Source of the DNA: Nitrospinales bacterium
GTDB taxonomy: Bacteria; Nitrospinota; Nitrospinia; Nitrospinales; VA-1
Direction: 5' to 3'
DNA length: 64,000 nt
Assembly: GCA_965223795.1 (NCBI GenBank)
Contig: CBDCXL010000002.1
Span: forward strand, 384,001-448,000
This document shows, one piece after another, positions 61,063-64,000 of this stretch; the first letter of the stretch is position 1, and each line of letters opens with the position of its first letter. A model generated the notes under the pieces. The model did no database searches. It saw nothing but the letters and a program-made list of their open reading frames with translations, and was not told where the DNA came from. A program made the position numbers and the translations under genes.

Positions 61063-62766
61063 TTAAATCGTCGGCCCTCTGTCCTTCATGTACCGATGAA
61101 TTCCCTGGGCAATGGATAAAGCCAGCCGGTTGATATAATCCGTCTTTTTCAGTCTTTTTTCTTCACGCGGATTGGTGAGGAAGCCGACTTCCACGAGAAT
61201 GCTGGGCATGTTGGTGTCGTGCAGCACGAAAAACGGCCCTTCCTTGACACCCAGATCCCGGACCCCCCGGTATTTCTTTTTCAGGTTGCTGTGCATGCGC
61301 TCCTGAACCCGGCCGGCCAGCTGCGCCGAATCGTTGATTTTCGTGGTGCTGATGAGGCTCGCCAGAATCTGCTGCACCTGATCGTCCTGCACCGAACGCA
61401 CCAGCTCGCCGTTTTCCCGCGCCGCGGTCTCCTGCGCCTGTTCGCTGTTGGCGACTCCCAGGTAATAGGTCTCGATGCCGTGCGCCGACCGGCGTTCCGC
61501 CGCGTTGGCGTGCACGGAAACGAACAGCTTGGCATGGTTTTCGTTGGCGATCTCGCCCCTGCGCTCCAGCGGGATGAACGTGTCGTCGGTGCGGGTCATG
61601 AGCACCTTGTAGCCGTAACGTTTTTCTAAAATCTGTTTGAGACGCTTGCTGAGTTTCAGGTTGACGTCTTTTTCATTCAGTCCGCTTTTGCCCTGCGCGC
61701 CCAGATCCTTGCCGCCGTGTCCCGGATCCAGGACGATGAGCGGCGGTCCTTTCTTCGCCCGGCGCTTGGCGGGCGGCGTCACCGCCGCGGGGATGGCCTT
61801 GACGACACGGGCGGTTTTCAGCTTGGGTTCAGGCTTTTTCGCATACTTTACAACTTTTTTCGGCTTTTTGAGGTGGATGACCACCTGGGACGCGCCACTG
61901 GCGGCTTCCACTTCAACGCCTTCGGCCTCAGGCAGATCCATCACCAGGCGGCTGGTGTTCTTGTCGTACTGGCTCAGCCGCATCTTGGAAAGAATCCCGC
62001 CGGGAACGGCGATGTCCTGTTCCAGGCGTCCGGCCAGGCGGCTGTTTTTGAAGTTGAAATAGATGCGGTCCGGCTTGGTGAGCCGGTTTTGCGTGAATTT
62101 GAGCGGGCCGTCGGTGTCGATCACCACCCGCACCGTATCGCCCAGGCTCACGTAGTGGATGTCCTTCAGCGTGCGCGCCGTTTTCGATGCGGGCGTTGGT
62201 TTGGCCGTCTGCTTGCGGATTTCGATGCGGGGCGCCGCCTTCGGCTTCACGAGGCGGGCGGTGCGTTCCATCTCCTTTTTCGCCTTCGCCGCCTGATCGC
62301 CTTGCGGAAAATATTTCAATATCCTGGCGAATGAGGCGCGGGCTTCCGCAAACTGTTTTTTATCCTTGAGGATCTCTCCCTGATGATAGAGGGCGTCGTC
62401 GGTCAGGCGTCCGTCTTTGAACTCGGAGATGACCTTGTAATAAAAATGCAGCGCCTGATCGCGGTCGGAGGAACGTCTGGCGACCTCATGCAGTTCATGA
62501 TACAGCCGCGCGGTGGTGAACAGGGCGTTGTAGGCGGAGGTGCTGCCGGGCGCGGCCTTGTAGACCTTTAAAAACCGGTCGATGCACGCAACCCAGTGAT
62601 GCCGGTAGGCTTTTTTCGCCGGTGAGCTTTTCAGCTCGTAATAGCATTTGCGGGCTTTGTCATAAAGGTCCTGGGTTCCCGCCTCGGCCGGGTGCAGATT
62701 GAGCAGCGCGAACACGAAGAAGAAGGCGAGGACCGAAACGAAGTTTTTTATCTTGCAAAAGAACAT
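61063..62766 (-). CDS. N-acetylmuramoyl-L-alanine amidase with TPR and AMIN domains
   Basis: Signal peptide, TPR helices, PDRIYF (AMIN), LDPGHGG, EKDVNL, SVHAN, LVEVGF. Confidence 0.92.
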   Translation of the reverse strand: MFFCKIKNFVSVLAFFFVFALLNLHPAEAGTQDLYDKARKCYYELKSSPAKKAYRHHWVACIDRFLKVYKAAPGSTSAYNALFTTARLYHELHEVARRSSDRDQALHFYYKVISEFKDGRLTDDALYHQGEILKDKKQFAEARASFARILKYFPQGDQAAKAKKEMERTARLVKPKAAPRIEIRKQTAKPTPASKTARTLKDIHYVSLGDTVRVVIDTDGPLKFTQNRLTKPDRIYFNFKNSRLAGRLEQDIAVPGGILSKMRLSQYDKNTSRLVMDLPEAEGVEVEAASGASQVVIHLKKPKKVVKYAKKPEPKLKTARVVKAIPAAVTPPAKRRAKKGPPLIVLDPGHGGKDLGAQGKSGLNEKDVNLKLSKRLKQILEKRYGYKVLMTRTDDTFIPLERRGEIANENHAKLFVSVHANAAERRSAHGIETYYLGVANSEQAQETAARENGELVRSVQDDQVQQILASLISTTKINDSAQLAGRVQERMHSNLKKKYRGVRDLGVKEGPFFVLHDTNMPSILVEVGFLTNPREEKRLKKTDYINRLALSIAQGIHRYMKDRGPTI

Positions 62767-62945
62767 TCAGATCGACCGGAACGACGGTTAAAGGTGGCGC
62801 GGGGGATGGGGTATCGTCTAATTTAGTTTATTTTTTTATAAAAAATGAATCAATTTACCATAACCATTTAATTTTATTATGGTTTTAAATAGTATCATTT
62901 TTTAAAAATAGCGTCAAGACGATGAAGGACAACGAAACAAGGAAG

Positions 62946-63674
62946 TTACCAGCCTTCCTGCAATCGTTCGGCCAAAGGGGCGGGCAGACTGTTTTCGAGG
63001 ATTTTTTTCTGGGCGGATTCGATGTCGTAACTGTAGCGGTGAAAGGCGACGGTTTTCGCTTTCTGGTCGAGCACGACGAAGCAGGGATCCGGATTGTGAT
63101 CCCGCGGCTGGCCCAGGCTCCCCACGTTGATGATGTAGCGGTGGCCGTCCTCCAGGTCCCAAAGGTCGGAAACGTAATCCTCGACCCGGCCTTCGGGAGG
63201 TTTATCGAGGATCACCGGCTGGTGCGAATGGCCCAGAAAACACAGGGGTGCGGTGAAGTGGTCGAAATGATGGGCGCCGTCCCTGCGGGAGGTGACGTAG
63301 TGCCATTCCTCCGGCTCGAACGGCGACGAATGCACCCAGTGGATGCCGTCCGCCTCCAGTTCGCAGGGAAGAGACTTGAGAAATTTCGTGTTTACCTTTG
63401 ACAGTTCCTTGCGGGTCCACAGGCAGGACTGGTAGGCCCAGGGATTGAAATACTCGGTGTCGGTCCGCTTGACGGCGGCGTAATCGTGGTTGCCGCCCAG
63501 GACGATGTCGGCGTTCTTGCGCACCCAGTCCAGACAGGGATTGGGGTCGGCGCCGTAGCCGACGGTGTCGCCCAGGCAGGCGATTTTGTCGTGCGGGATC
63601 GACGCGATCTCTTTTTCGAACGCGCGCAGGGATTCGAGGTTGCTGTGCAGGTCGGAAAAAATGATGTAACGCAT
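62946..63674 (-). CDS. calcineurin-like metallophosphoesterase
   Basis: SDLH, GDTVGYG, GNHD, GHSH, NVGSLGQPRD. Confidence 0.92.
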   Translation of the reverse strand: MRYIIFSDLHSNLESLRAFEKEIASIPHDKIACLGDTVGYGADPNPCLDWVRKNADIVLGGNHDYAAVKRTDTEYFNPWAYQSCLWTRKELSKVNTKFLKSLPCELEADGIHWVHSSPFEPEEWHYVTSRRDGAHHFDHFTAPLCFLGHSHQPVILDKPPEGRVEDYVSDLWDLEDGHRYIINVGSLGQPRDHNPDPCFVVLDQKAKTVAFHRYSYDIESAQKKILENSLPAPLAERLQEGW

Positions 63675-63692
63675 TGAGGCACCCGAAGTTTA

Positions 63693-63784
63693 TGTCACCC
63701 TGAGCCCTTCGGCAAGCTCAGGATGATAGCAGGACAAGCTTTGTCGAAGGATGCTGATTCAGGCTTCGACAGGCTCAGCATGAC
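63693..63784. repeat. REP-like cluster (family A), nested copy
   Basis: TGTCACCCTGAGC...TTGTCGAAGG split by CCTTCGGCAAGCTCAGGA; partner CTTCGACAGGCTCAGCATGAC follows. Confidence 0.85.
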
Positions 63785-63849
63785 GGCCGAAAGACCGATT
63801 CAGAGGCCCGCTCATTTAGAAACGCGGATAAAACGCCGCTCCGCTGAGT

Positions 63850-64000
63850 TCACCCCACGGAGGGCTGCGGCAGGTCCAGTTCCTTGTATACCTTGTCGAG
63901 GATACCGTTGATGAAATCCGGCGACTCTTCGCTGCCGTACTTTTTGGCGATCTCCACCGCTTCGTTGATCGCCACCTTGGGCGGAATGCTGCGGTCGTAG
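63850..64000 (-). CDS. nusB: transcription antitermination factor NusB (3' end, truncated by window)
   Basis: My translation: [39 protein letters not shown]...stop; absent from the ORF track. Confidence 0.93.
   Translation of the reverse strand, partial: YDRSIPPKVAINEAVEIAKKYGSEESPDFINGILDKVYKELDLPQPSVG

Noticed and set aside
62767..62945. Very AT-rich spacer as foreign DNA or replication origin
   Set aside because: Short, ORF-free, no DnaA-box cluster seen; best explained as the amidase promoter region.

Overview
A GC-rich bacterial core-genome window. Gene content and order (For-type 2-oxoacid:ferredoxin oxidoreductase beside sucCD, the ferredoxin type, DUF1566) suggest a Nitrospina/Nitrospinota-like nitrite oxidiser that uses the reverse TCA cycle; this is an inference, not a database result. 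It carries the 5' part of the F1Fo ATP synthase operon (atpZ/I-B-E-F-H-A), holB-ricT-metG-tatD::radical-SAM, an SPFH / DUF4175-like / TPR-peptidase / MoxR block, a DCC-HTTM cassette with a probable frameshift, a stand-alone DEDD exonuclease, fliDS, sucCD, forABGE-like genes, ndk, PTPS-folE-phoH-ybeY-hit-mutS, a DUF4390/NtrY-like kinase pair, an aldehyde dehydrogenase, an atypical peroxiredoxin, an ArnT-like transferase, tag, a TonB receptor, EF-G paralogue-ihfA-merR, an MBL/cNMP-binding protein, der, an amidase, a metallophosphoesterase and the 3' end of nusB. I saw no tRNA, rRNA, CRISPR-cas, IS or prophage genes. The most unusual signals are non-coding: (1) a short REP-like element carrying one or three ~50-nt hairpin cassettes at the same internal junction (11167-11255, 51930-52117); (2) a second REP family whose copies sit nested inside each other; (3) a ~79-bp-period repeat between atpE and atpF that duplicates the atpF start region. 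Unusual proteins include an exonuclease with an N-terminal QLDLF clamp motif, a peroxiredoxin lacking the PxxxTxxC Thr, a CX5HGH-type pterin synthase and an MBL-fold/cNMP-binding protein coupled to der. All family calls come from motif recognition only.
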